Origin: Tubulanus polymorphus
Lineage: Eukaryota > Animalia > Nemertea
Length of the DNA: 64,000 nucleotides
Reading direction: 5' to 3'
NCBI RefSeq assembly: GCF_964204645.1
Contig: NC_134026.1
Span: 31,827,868-31,891,867, forward strand
Shown here: positions 44,501 to 61,200 of the stretch, in pieces
Layout of the letters: each line of letters begins with the position of its first letter
How positions within the stretch are numbered: position 1 is the first letter of the stretch
The notes under the pieces: model-generated
Seen by the model: the letters and a program-made list of their open reading frames with translations, nothing else
The model's database searches: none
Told to the model about the DNA's origin: nothing
Made by a program: the position numbers and the translations under genes

Positions 44501-44663
44501 ATTTTCACTCGCATAAAGCTTTTCCGTAGAAGTGAGTTCGGGGAGGGGGAGCGATACTGACCCATGGCAAACGAAAGTCTAAGAGGTCTTAAAATTTTAA
44601 GACTAATTTAAAGTTTTCTCCTTTCCTCGGGGCCGGTGTGGGCCTTCTCGACGTTTTCCTGTC

Positions 44664-45087
44664 ATGAGTGTTCAATAGAGGGCGCTAGTGTGGTGTAATC
44701 GATGACCAGTAGATGCTTTTTTGATGTATAAATATTTTGTTACGTTTTCATTCTCTAAATTTTCATCACTTCAATGTTTTTTTGTAAATATTTCTATAAA
44801 CATGTGTAATAGTTTTCCTCCATATACCATGGAAATGGTTGGAGCGTAAATAAAATCGTAATCGTAATCGTAATCGTACTAGGTTTTATTGTAAACAGTT
44901 GTATATATGAAGTTAGTCTCATGTTCTTGCATTTAATTCCTCTTAATTCAAAGTTCAGTATTAAATAGAATGATTCATTAAAAACCTGTGAAGAGTTTCA
45001 TTATGTTTTAATTGTATAAACTGTAAATAAATGAAAGAATTAATTATAAAATGATGGTTTGAATTCAGCGCTCTGGGTTTTATATAA

Positions 45088-45118
<31 letters not shown>

Positions 45119-46105
45119 CACGGACAGGATCAGTGGACCCGGGTTCGAACCTACTCCCGAGACGATTACAAATATACTCTGGATCCCATTCTTGTTTTAT
45201 CTCAAGATTTGAAAATGTACATCCTATATTCAGCATCAGTATCGCTTTGCATCAGTTATCAGTAATTACTTTTGTTTAAGATATTTACATTTCACCGTAC
45301 GGTGCTGCCTCTATGCTTATCGGTAGCGGGATTTTCATACACTAACGTGAGTCAACTCTGGCAAGCAAGGGTAACGGAGTACAAGTGGACAGCGGGACGA
45401 TTGCCAGAGTTGACTTCACTTAGTGTATGGAAATCCCGCTAACGATGAGCATAGCGGCAGCACTGTACTGTCGGGACACCCCTGTACATCCTCTATTCAG
45501 CATCAGGCGGGACCACTCTGAATCAGTATCAGTAATTACCAGGTTCGAACCCGGGACACCCCTGTACATCCTCAATTCAGCATCAGTACCACTCTAAATC
45601 AGTATCAGTAATTACCGGGTTCGAACCTGGAACACCCCTATTCATACATCCTCTATTCAGCATCGGGACCACTCTGAATCAGTATCAGTAATTACTGGGT
45701 TCGAACCCGGGACACCCTGCTTATTAGTTATTGATTCTAAATTCCGGTAGATGGCGCATGCGAAACATGGTTCATTCTTAAACTTTGCTATCGTCAATTC
45801 AATCATTTTGACAGTTCAGCGAAATTCCGATAGATGGCGAACTTATCGTCATGGCTCGAAACCGAGATACCCGTACATCCTCTATTCAGTATCAGGACCA
45901 CTCTGGATCAGTGTCAGTAATTACTGGGTTCGAACCCGGGACACCCCCGTACATCATCTAATCAGCATCGGGACCACTCTGAATCAGTATCAGTAATTAC
46001 AGGGTTTGAACCCGGGACACCCCTGTACATCCTCTATTCAGCATCAGGACACTCTGAATCTGAGGGCACTAGTTTAGTGTAAGCTTTTACCAGTAGGGGG
46101 AGCTA
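44664..46105 (+). mobile_element. Composite repeat cassette, copy 2, flanked by a ~35-bp direct repeat
   Basis: Collinear with 21919-24420 but has fewer 76-bp units. TCTCCTTTCCTCGGGGCCGGTGT(G/C)GGCCTTCTCGA occurs at 44617 and 46133. Confidence 0.75.
44717..44877 (+). mobile_element. 5'-truncated LINE/SINE 3' end with AATAAA and an (ATCGTA)n tail
   Basis: Absent from copy 1 of the cassette. Ends AAATAAAATCGTAATCGTAATCGTAATCG, a tandem-repeat tail typical of CR1/L2/RTE-type insertions. Confidence 0.55.
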
Positions 46106-46753
46106 CGAGCTCCCTTAGATAAAGCTCGACGATCTCCTTTCCTCGGGGCCGGTGTCGGCCTTCTCGATGATGTTATGATCCGGCCTCTGTCGTGGTGATA
46201 CATGTATAGTTTTAGACCTGTCTCAATCGAGCAGATCGTTTTTTATCGGAATCCTGATGCGCGTAAGACAATGATATGTTACACGGACTCGAGTGTCAGA
46301 GTTGTAGGTAGGTTATCATTTTTGCACTGTACTTCCCGGGGTCCACTTGACTCGCGGTCGCGCGGCGGGTGGCTGAGGGGGAAGGGAGCAGCGCGTGATT
46401 CTGAGCACTGCACTAGCTTCATCGACGACACGATTTTTGGCAGACTATCCCGAACGAGATTGACTGAAGATGTACTTTTAACGATTCTTTTGTTTTTTAT
46501 TTTCTGTTAGTATTTTTCCTAGTAGGGATTTGAACATCCTGGACTATTAAGCTAAAGTGGTTTTCAATACTTCTTTAAAAAGTCTTTTTAGCGTTTCTTC
46601 ATTTTTCTTAATTTCCTTGATTGTTCGTTAATTAGACGATATGAATATTAGTTAGAGGCAATAAAGTACTTTTAATTTTTTTTGCTCCGAGATTTTATTA
46701 AGGTTACCGTGGATTAGGAAGTAATTAGTAAATTCAAATAAAATATATTGAAT

Positions 46754-48112
46754 ATGACAACAAATCCTGATCCCGAATTTATATTAAGAAATTTTCAAGT
46801 GAAACCAAGTCCAGTGAAATCAATATGTTTAACAGATAACAATGAGCTGCTAGTGGCTGATAGTGATGGTGTAGTAAAGGTAAAACCCGCCGGTAGTGGG
46901 ATGTGGAGCGCCCCCTAGTGCCATTGTTTATAGATGTTTGACTGTCTTGTTTTCTAGTTGTGGGATTTAAAAACACGAAGAATTAAAACAAGTTTCCGAG
47001 CTGCCACGTCGAACCAACCAATCACAGCGCTCCGTCTGTGCAACAATACACTCATTACTCAAACTAAAGATGGCGTCACGGTCTGGAATCAGTCGCCGCA
47101 GACAGGAGCGGGCTCGGAGCATGAATTTCAACAGATAGGTTTGTTATTAAGGGTTCATTCATTTGATACGTATCCATAAAATACGTATGCATAAAATTTG
47201 AATTTTCCAACCCCCCTCCCCCTCTGTACGCAAAATCGGCCATTTTTCTCATATACATTAAGCATTAAAGTACGCAATTGCATTGAGCCCCTCCCCCTCC
47301 CCCTCCCCTAATGCGTACGTAATAAATGAATGATCCCTAATGGTTAAATCGGCTTTTCAAATTAATCTCATCAAATTATTTCATATTTATCGATTTCAGA
47401 TTTGATTGATTCAATCGGAGTCACGTTCTGCCCGTGTGAAATAAATCACCACGACGACGCAACAATACTCTGTATCCCGGGACAACGACAATCAACAATG
47501 TACATCAGAAATATTATCACTAGGCAACAGATCATTTTAGAAGCGGATGGACAGTTTGGGATGTGTATGAGTGCTCAGTTCATCTCCTCACTCGCCGCAG
47601 CCAGTGATAGATCCTCACTCGCCGCAGCTGGTGATAGATCCTCACTCGCCACAGTCAGTGAGAAGAGAATGATTCTGATTGGTTATGAAAGCGGACATTT
47701 ATTATTGTGGGATTATAGTAGCAATGAGATAATTAGTTCTACTAAACTACACCAGGAGTCTCTACTGTGTTTTGATTTTCATAACGGATTAATGAAAGGA
47801 TTATCCGGTTCCACTGATAATCGGTTAATCTCATGGACGATTGACGCAATGACTCGGACGCTCGTGGTTCGATCAGAGATTAAAATCACTAATCCGGGAG
47901 TAAATACTGTTAAAATACGTCGTGATGGTCGGATATTTGTAACGGGAGGTTGGGATAAAAATATCCGGATATTTAATACGCGTAAAATGAAACAGTTGGC
48001 AGTTTTATCATTTCATAAACAACCGATAAATTGTGTGTTATTTCATAAAGATAATTCAGTAATAGTCGGAAGTGAAGATGGACAGATTTCAGTCTGGTCT
48101 ATTTATAAATAA
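46754..48112 (+). CDS. GNB1L: Guanine nucleotide-binding protein subunit beta-like protein 1 (WD40, Asa1 homologue), 3 coding exons
   Basis: MTTNPDPEFILR..VK|LWDLKTRR..; GMCM..LIGYESGHLLLWD; GLSGSTD; ITNPGVNTVKIRRDGRIFVTGGWDKNIRIF..LAVLSFH..GSEDGQISVWSIY, matching GNB1L hallmark motifs. Confidence 0.93.
47151..47337. mobile_element. PIF/Harbinger (Tourist)-type MITE in GNB1L intron 2
   Basis: TIR GGGTTCATTCATTTGATACGTA / TACGTAATAAATGAATGATCCC with TAA on both flanks. Confidence 0.75.
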
Positions 48113-49441
48113 AGCATTTCCGGAGCCATCCATCGTTTAGTGAAAACTCTTTGGAGCCATCCATTATTATTAGAGATGTGTCAACGATCAATAAACTCTA
48201 ACACTGTTTTTAATACTGCGACAAATGTGTCTTTTATTATTTTATAATGATTTTAATCAATTTCAGATGAACAACCAAACGGACCATCTCATTCTCAAAT
48301 TACAAACATAGGTTACTCCACATCGACGGGACAGTCCATTCCGCAGGATAAGGGAGGGGAAGCTAGCTATAAAGCTGATATATAAATTAAGAGAAAGAGA
48401 TTCAATATCAACAACCGATAAAACCTTGAAGGGGGAGGGGGGTTAGGAGGGAGGACAGATAACACAATATACATCTCTTTATGCTCAGTTCATACATCAT
48501 ACATCGTTTTATGCATATCATTGATTTAAGTACATCTCTCTAGTGGGCGTGGCTTACTACGAATGAGTGACAGATATTCATTATTTGGAAGACAAACCAT
48601 TAACTAATTATTATCCATATAATTCTTACCTTTTCTCAATGTGTACCAAAGAGAAACTAGAATTAATAATCGAACCGCAGCCCACATTGGACCAGGGCTG
48701 ACCACGAAGCCCATACGGGACCGAACTGCTCTGGGTTAAATATAAAACCAGGTTTAAATCCGTTAGTTTCAATCTTCCAAGCTATAAACACTGTTTCAAA
48801 CATAAATCAAAAGCCACATGCAACATTTTTCACTAAAATCCAGCCATATTTTTCACATATTTGGGAATAGACTATAGACCTCTCTCATATAATTAAGGAA
48901 TGATTCTATTGACTAATAGCGCCCCCTAGGGCCCCCGACGCACACTAGTTCAGTTCGGTACACATGAAGCTTTGTGTTTGCTTTTACTTTTGTATTTGGT
49001 TTTACTTTTAGATTGTTTACGACCAGAAGAGGTTGTTGTGGTTGTCTGCAAATAGATAAAAACAAAAAACCACGAGAAAATATAAAATCCCTAAAATATA
49101 CTTCATATTTACAGGTCTATAATATTCACCACCACACGTTTTCAGTGTTGGACCAAGAATAAATTCATCATTTCAGCAAATTGTTTTTTTGTATAAAGCG
49201 AACGCGGAGCGAAGAATAAAAAATAGAAATTTAGCACCGACTGTTTTTGAATCCTGTAGGTTGAGGTTAAAATAGTATCACCTGAATAAATACCACCTAT
49301 TTATTAGTGCCGCACAAAAAAAACCCATTTTCATTCATCGATTTATTTACTATTTACACGGTTTTTTAATCGTTTTAAATATCGTTTTTTTAATTCAATA
49401 ATTTCCTAAAAATTGATAGAAGCAGCTAATTAAGATTAAAG

Positions 49442-53721
<4,280 letters not shown>

Positions 53722-53779
53722 TTCTATAAATATCACTCATACAAACAGTACAGCAGTTTATATCGATATGTCACACATT

Positions 53780-53900
53780 TCACAGAATAGAGGAAATCAC
53801 CGAAACCGGCGCAAGGTGAAGGGCGATCCCGACTGACGTCATCAGTCACGTGGCCACCGCAAACTAACCAATCAACAGCTAGGGTTAGGGTTAGGATTAC
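53780..53900. promoter_or_regulatory. Bidirectional S6K/PPIL2 promoter
   Basis: CRE TGACGTCA (~53834), E-box/CLEAR-like GTCACGTGG (~53845), and CCAAT (~53868) followed by CTAGGGTTAGGGTTAGG. Confidence 0.65.
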
Positions 53901-54295
53901 TCGGCGGATCGGGAACCTTGAGTCCGGCGACCGAGATTTACCACAATTCTCACAGAGGGCGCTAGGGTTAGGGTTAGGGCTACTCGGCGGATCGGGAACC
54001 TTGAGTCCGGCGACCGAGATTTACCACAATTTTCACAGAGGGCGCTAGGGTTAGGGTTAGGGCTACTCGGCGGATCGGGAAGCTAGGGTCCGGCGACCGA
54101 GATTTACCACAATTCTCACAGAGGGCGCTAGAGTTAGGGTTAGGGCTACTCGGCGGATCGGGTATTTTGAATCCGGCGACCGAGATTTACCATAGTTCTC
54201 ACAGAGGGCGCTAGGGTTAGGGTTAGGGCTACTCGGCGGATTGGGCAATAGAAGTCCATCAACCGAGATTTACCGTAAACCGTATAGAGGGCGCT
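53879..54295. repeat. 83-bp tandem repeat of TTAGGG units, a GC hairpin and a CTCF-like motif
   Basis: About 5 copies of CTAGGGTTAGGGTTAGGGCTACTCGGCGGATCGGGAACCTTGAGTCCGGCGACCGAGATTTACCACAATTCTCACAGAGGGCG. Confidence 0.9.
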
Positions 54296-54354
54296 GTATC
54301 AAATCCAAGTCAATTAAGTTTATTTATTGACAGGTATTGAATAAAAAACCAGAA

Positions 54355-54444
54355 ATGGGTAAAAAACAGCATCAGAAAGACAAACTGTAAGTTCATCGTT
54401 CAATGTAAATACAAGGGGGGTGGTGGGGGGATCCTGCAGAACCT

Positions 54445-54476
<32 letters not shown>

Positions 54477-57400
54477 CGCCCGGGGAACGGACCTCTCACC
54501 CCTCTCAACTCCATTCATCATCATCATCATCGCGAATCTATTTAATTTGAAATGTAAAAATGTGTTTGTAGGTATTTAACGACTACAGAATGGAAAACAC
54601 TATACGGAGGAAAGAAGGACTCAATCGAGAAATCACAATTCCGCCGTCTGCCGTTCGATTGTTGTAGTTTATCTATGCAACCATTTGAGCATCCGTTATC
54701 TACAGAATCAGGAGTTATATTTGATTTAATGTAAGTAAGTCCCCCTCCCCTCGCTCCCTCCCCTCACCCCTCCCTCCCCTCGCTCCCCTCCCTCCCTCTC
54801 CGTTTCTTAAAAATCTCGTCACCTGAGAGATGTATATATTTATTTTAGGAATATAGTTCCGTTTTTGAAGAGATATGGTTTGAATCCTGTGAATGGAGAG
54901 GTGAGTATCTGCTCAGTTTGTCCTCGGCCCTCGCTTGCTGATACTAAACATTTTAAATTTAATTCATTATTCTAGAAATTATCCGCTAAAGATCTGATCA
55001 AATTAAACTTCCACAAAAATGCTTCGGGTAAGAAATAATCCGGGTTTTGATTGAATATTTTCGATTCATGGCAGGTTTTAAACTGAAGATTGATTTATGT
55101 TCTCTAGATCAGTATCATTGTCCGGTAACATTCCGTATATTCAATGAAAATACGCACATAGTCGCTATTAAAACTACCGGTAATGTTTTCTCATACGAGG
55201 TAAGCTCCGCCCCTTTCTAATGATGATTGACACTTCCCTGGATCGATTGATATATTTTACTCTGGTTACTATTTTAACAGGCTGTCGAGAGGTTGAATTT
55301 GAAACCGAAATTTCTGAAAGATTTATTGACGGATGAACCTTTTACGAGGAAAGATATCATCACAATTCAGGTATAAATAACATTTCAATCTCGATGGAAA
55401 TTCTGAAATGTGAAACAACAGAAAGATGTTTGGTCTGTTACAGGATCCTTCAAATCTGGATAAATTCAACTTGGCTAATTTTTACCATTTGAAGAAGAAT
55501 TTGAAACTGAATGGTAAGAGAGTGTGTTGTTAATTAACCTACTCTGAAACGTTTATTATTGAATATTTCACTGATTTTTAGAGGATGAAATTAAAGAATC
55601 GAAGAAAAAGTTGAAGAATATAAATTTAGAAACAAAAGATATTTTAGCTCAACTCGAAAAAGACTATAAACCACCGACAGTAAGTATTACGGGGATCATC
55701 TCATAAATATCAGTGTCGAGAATGTGTGGAATTTTGACACAGTCCCTGATTGTCTTATAGGAAGTAAAAGAGAAAAAGAGGAAAAAGGCTGACGCAATCA
55801 GTTCAGTAAGTTCAATATTTATATCGTATTACACACTGTATTACAGTGTATTACAGTGTGTGTGTTTATATTGTATTACACGTATTACAGTGTGTGTGTT
55901 TATATTGTATTACAGTGTATTACAGTGTGTGTGTGTTTATATTGTATTACACGTTGTATTACAGTGTGTGTGTTTATATTGTAGGCTCATTACTCATCAG
56001 GAAGAGTTGCTGCATCATTTACCTCTACAGCGATAACACCAGAAACACAACATCAAGCAGGTACACTGTGGAACGGGTGTGGAAGTGGAACGGGTGTGGA
56101 AGTGGAGTGGAAGTGGAACGGGTGTGGAAGTGGAATGACACTGTGGAAAGAAGGAAAAGTTTTATAATTGATTATATATTTACAGCTATTGTTGATGAAG
56201 ATATTTTACGTTACGAACGAGTGAAGAAAAAATCCTACATTAAACTATTTACAAATCTCGGTACATTAAACTTAGAATTACATAGCGACCAGGTTAGTAA
56301 CCGTGACAACTGTCAGATACCGGGGGTAACTACGACTGCGATATTGTTGTATCGTTGTATATTTCTAGGTTCCAAAAACGTGTGAGAATTTTCTGAAGTT
56401 GTGTCAGAAAGGTTTCTATAACGATACAATATTTCACAGGTCTATCAGGAATTTTATGGTAAGTGATTTATTGTTTAGGAGAGTAGGTTGGTTATTGTTT
56501 AGGAGAGTAGGTTGGTCAGTAGCGTCTCCTCGGGTTAATATTTAATTGTTTTATACTAGATACAAGGAGGTGATCCAACAGCTACTGGTCTCGGAGGTGA
56601 ATCTATTTGGGGAGATTCATTTAAAGATGAGTTTAAATCTAATCTAACTCACACAGGTCGAGGTGTGTTAAGTATGGCTAATTCTGGACCTAATACTAAT
56701 AAATCTCAATTGTAAGTATTAGTTGGGAGAGGGAAGGGGAGAGAGGGGGGAGAAGGGTTACAGAATGAATAAAAACTTATTTGATTTTATTTCAGTTTCA
56801 TCACATTTCGTTCTTGTCGACATTTAGACAATAAACACACAGTATTTGGCAGGTTAGTTTCTGAGTCTCGTGCTGCTGTTATAAATGTAAATATCTCTAG
56901 TTTAAAATGATGATCAATATTTATACAGAGTTGTCGGTGGACTTGATACTTTAGACAAAATGGAAAAAATAAAAGCTGATAAGAAAGATAAACCGGTGGT
57001 AAGTAGAAAGTTGTTGGTTTGATTTAATATTTAGTATTCAATGATTGTCACGTTGTTTATTTTATTTGACAGGAAGAAATTCAATTATTATCAACACAAG
57101 TATTTGTGGATCCGTATACGGAGGCCGATGAACAGGTAAATATGAGACCTGCTGCGAGTCCCTGGGACCCGCACCCCGCTGCGAGTCCTTGGGACCCGCA
57201 CCCCGCTGAAAGCCCGTGGGACCCGCGCCCCGCTGCGAGTCCGCATCCTGCTGAGAGTCCCTGGGACCCGCGCCCTGCTGTGAGTTACTAATATGTGTAT
57301 GTTTATATTTTGTATGTAGCTGGTTTTAGAAAGAGAAACTGCTCTCGCTGAAGAAAAACGATTAAAACTTGAACAACAACAAAAACATCAAATTACGACT

Positions 57401-57943
57401 AAATCAGACACGAAAAAACAGAAAATATTCAAACAGGGAATTGGAAAATACATCAACCCAGCCTCACTGTGAGTTTCAATTACTGCGCTAGTCATTTTGA
57501 GTCCTAATTTATAATCAGGGTTCGGTCTAAGGATTGAAAGCCACTTGTCCGGAGGGCAAGCTCATCTGAAATTTCGCTTGCCCCCTCGTCCAAAAGCTAC
57601 TTGCCCTACACAGTCAGTCCGATTGGGGGCGCTATCATCCGTTGTATCGAGTGGGAAAAAAGCTTTGTGACATAAAATTGCACTAGCCTGGGGGACAAGT
57701 GATAATGATAACTTACTTGCCCCTGATGAGAATATACAGTTTTTAGATCGGACTCTGATAATAGCAATTCAATTAGTGATTATCATTTAGATTTGGATCG
57801 TGTGGTTTACATGTCATCACCCCGAGTTTATAGTCTGTTCTATTGTGTTCAGGAAACGAGTTGTCATCGATGAAGAGCAAGAAACAGAGAAAAAATACAA
57901 GAAAATCAAACCTGGAAAATTTGGCGATTTCAGCAATTGGTGA
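54355..57943 (+). CDS. PPIL2: RING/U-box cyclophilin PPIL2 (Cyp60)
   Basis: [11 protein letters not shown]|[32 protein letters not shown]; [22 protein letters not shown]|AVERLN; [17 protein letters not shown]|DP; cyclophilin FHRSIRNFM|[37 protein letters not shown]; ends FGDFSNW*. Confidence 0.96.
57516..57757. mobile_element. MITE (CAGGG-ended, hAT/P-like) in the last PPIL2 intron
   Basis: TIR CAGGGTTCGGTCTAA / TTAGATCGGACTCTG, ATAAT on both flanks, and subterminal CTTGCCC/GGGCAAG repeats. Confidence 0.7.
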
Positions 57944-58257
57944 AATACTACTGGCGCTACCTGACGGAATAAACTATAACTAAACCTTTGATTGTATGAT
58001 TATGTAAATTTATTCATTTGTAAACAAAAATTCAATAAATATAAATAATATTAAACAATTTGCGAATAATTTCATTATGTGATGGACGGAACAAACATAC
58101 TGGATTGACAGCAGGTTATAGTCAGCGACTAATAGACAGCAGGTTATAACTAATAGACAGCAGGTTATAGTCAGTGACTAATAGACAGCAGGTTATAACT
58201 AATAGACAGCAGGTTATAGTCAGTGACTAATAGACAGCAGGTTATAGACAGTTGAAA

Positions 58258-61200
58258 TTAATCAATAGTTTTCATGCTCTGTGAATCCGTATTATCAACA
58301 ACTTGTGAAGAAATAATCTGTTTTATTTCCTACAAAAACAAAAATCATGAAACAGTGAAATAAGGGGGTTTAACATTGAACTGAGCGGTCGGAGAGTAGG
58401 GGGTTAATTAAATATATAACTTACCGGAGCTTTAAATCTATGAAATCTAGATAAGATATCCTGAATAACTGGATGTTCAATGAGTGTTGAATAGAGAACT
58501 GGTTTACAACTTTCAGAATCTAATTCCTGATACACACCAGCTATACGCTCCTACAACATAACAATAATACACCTATAGGGGGCGCTATCACAGAATAGTG
58601 GATCCTACAGGGGGCGCTATTACAGAATAGCGGATCCTACAGGGGGCGCTATTACAGAATAGCGGATCCTACAGGGGGCGCTATAACAGAATAGTGGATC
58701 CTACAGGGGGCGCTATTACAGAATAGCGGATCCTACAGGGGGCGCTATAACAGAATAGTGGATCCTACAGGGGGCGCTATCACAGAATAGTGGATCCTAC
58801 AGGGGGCGCTATTACAGAATAGTGGATCCTACAGGGGGCGCTATTACAGAATAGTGGATCCTACAGGGGGCGCTATCACAGAATAGTGGATCCTACAGGG
58901 GACGCTATCACAGAATAGTGGATCCTACAGGGGGCGCTATAACAGAATAGTGGATCCTACAGGGGGCGCTATCACAGAATAGTGGATCCTACAGGGGGCG
59001 CTATTACAGAATAGTGGATCCTACAGGGGGCGCTATTACAGAATAGTGGATCCTACAGGGGGCGCTATTACAGAATAGTGGATCCTACAGGGGGCGCTAT
59101 TACAGAATAGTGGATCCTACAGGGGGCGCTAGTATGACTTACTTTAGACATCGTATCTTCTGGATCTGAAGTAACGGCGAAGCGATGACTGTCGCCACGG
59201 TGACGCTCTCCGTGATGAAACACCTACAACAATAAACAATCACTGTATCCATAGTAACCGTTGGGATCGCTTTAGCAACAGTCATAGTAATTACCCGCAA
59301 TAAAGATTCCATCGGAACTTTAGCATCAGATGCTGGAATTTCTTCATCTATTAGTGAAGCAGGTGCCATGGAAACAGCAGCAGCAGCAGGATTCATCTCA
59401 TCTTCATCAGTGATATCACCAGCTCTATCATAGAGAGAGGTATAGAGGTGAAACTAGGAGGTATAAATAGAGGTGAAACAAGGAGGTATAAATAGAGGTG
59501 AAACTAGGAGGTATAAATAGAGGTGAAACTAGGAGGTATAAATAGAGGTGAAACTAGGAGGTATAAATAGAGGTGAAACTCACGTGGTTTGTTGTTTTTT
59601 AGCCAATCTAGGAATATGAGATCCAACTGCTACGGTCAACGCTCTTAAAAATCCTTCGTGTGAATCGGGAGCAACAGCAAAATACATCAACTATAATCAT
59701 AATAGAATCATTGACAGATACGAGGGAGGAGTCAGTGTCAGGTAGGAGGAGCTAACACTTACCATATCGACGTAATCAAGTTTAGAAGGTTCGCTCGAAT
59801 GGTCGGCAAAAAAATCAAAAAGTGCTCGTTTTAAATGAGCTAAACGATCGTATTCACCCGGTTGGACTTCGATATCCTGAGAAAACCAGAATTCAACCTG
59901 TAAAATAAAAACATCTCTACTGAAACTACTGAAGCTACTGAAACTACTGAAACTACAGAAACTACTGAAACTACAGAAACTACATAAACTACATAAACTA
60001 CATAAACTACAGAAACTACAGAAACTACAGAAACTACAGAAACTACAGAAACTACAGAAACTACATAAACTACATAAACTACATAAACTACAGAAACTAC
60101 TGAAACTACAGAAACTACAGAAACTACTGAAACTACATAAACTACATAAACTACATAAACTACATAAACTACATGAACTACATGAACTACAGAAACTACT
60201 GAAACTACTGAAACTACATAAACTACTGAAACTACAGAAACTACATAAACTAATGAAACTACAGAAACAACAGAAACTACAGAAACTACTGAAACTACAT
60301 AAACTACATAAACTACAGAAACTACAGAAACTACTGAAACTACAGAAACTACAGAAACTACTGAAACTACAGAATGACTTAGCGTATTATAGAGTTATAG
60401 AATACAAACCGTTTCAAATTGTTCCCTCGTCACAAATCCAGTATTTTTCTGATCCATTTGTTTATAACAGTTTAGAGATTGTAGTAATTGAGTTTGTGTT
60501 GGACGACTCAATGGTTGACTTATTGTCAGTAAAAACGCTCTCCAATCGATATATTCACTATCCGGTGATATCATAGCAGCTATATCCTGTAACTATAGCA
60601 ACGTATATATCAATATCTCAAACATATATATTGTCATCTCAAACAACGGATGAAATATCTCAAACAGCAGACGAGACAGGGGTGGGATATCTCAAACCGC
60701 AGACGAGACAGGGGTGAGATATCTCAAACAGCAGACGAGACAGGGGTGAGATATCTCAAACAGCAGACGAGACAGGGGTGAGATATTTCGATGCAGGGAG
60801 GGATATCTCGATGCAGGATGGGATATCTCGATGCAGGGTGAGATATCTCGATGCAGGGTGAGATATCTCGATGCAGTGATGAGATATCTCGATGCAGGGT
60901 GGGATATCTCGATGCAGGGTGAGATATCTCGATGCAGTGATGAGATATCTCGATGCAGGGTGGGATATCTCGATGCAGGGTGAGATATCTCGATGCAGTG
61001 ATGAGATATCTCGATGCAGTGATGAGATATGTCGATGCAGGGTGGGATATCTCGATGCAGGGTGAGATATCTCGATGCAGTGATGAGATATCTCGATGCA
61101 GGGTGGGATATCTCGATGCAGGGTGGGATATCTCGATGCAGTGATGAGATATCTCGATGCAGTGATGAGATATCTCGATGCAGGGTGGGATATCTCGATG

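Noticed and set aside
43949-46510. Short ORFs in the repeat-rich region upstream of GNB1L
   Set aside because: No recognisable domains; they overlap MITEs and the duplicated cassette.
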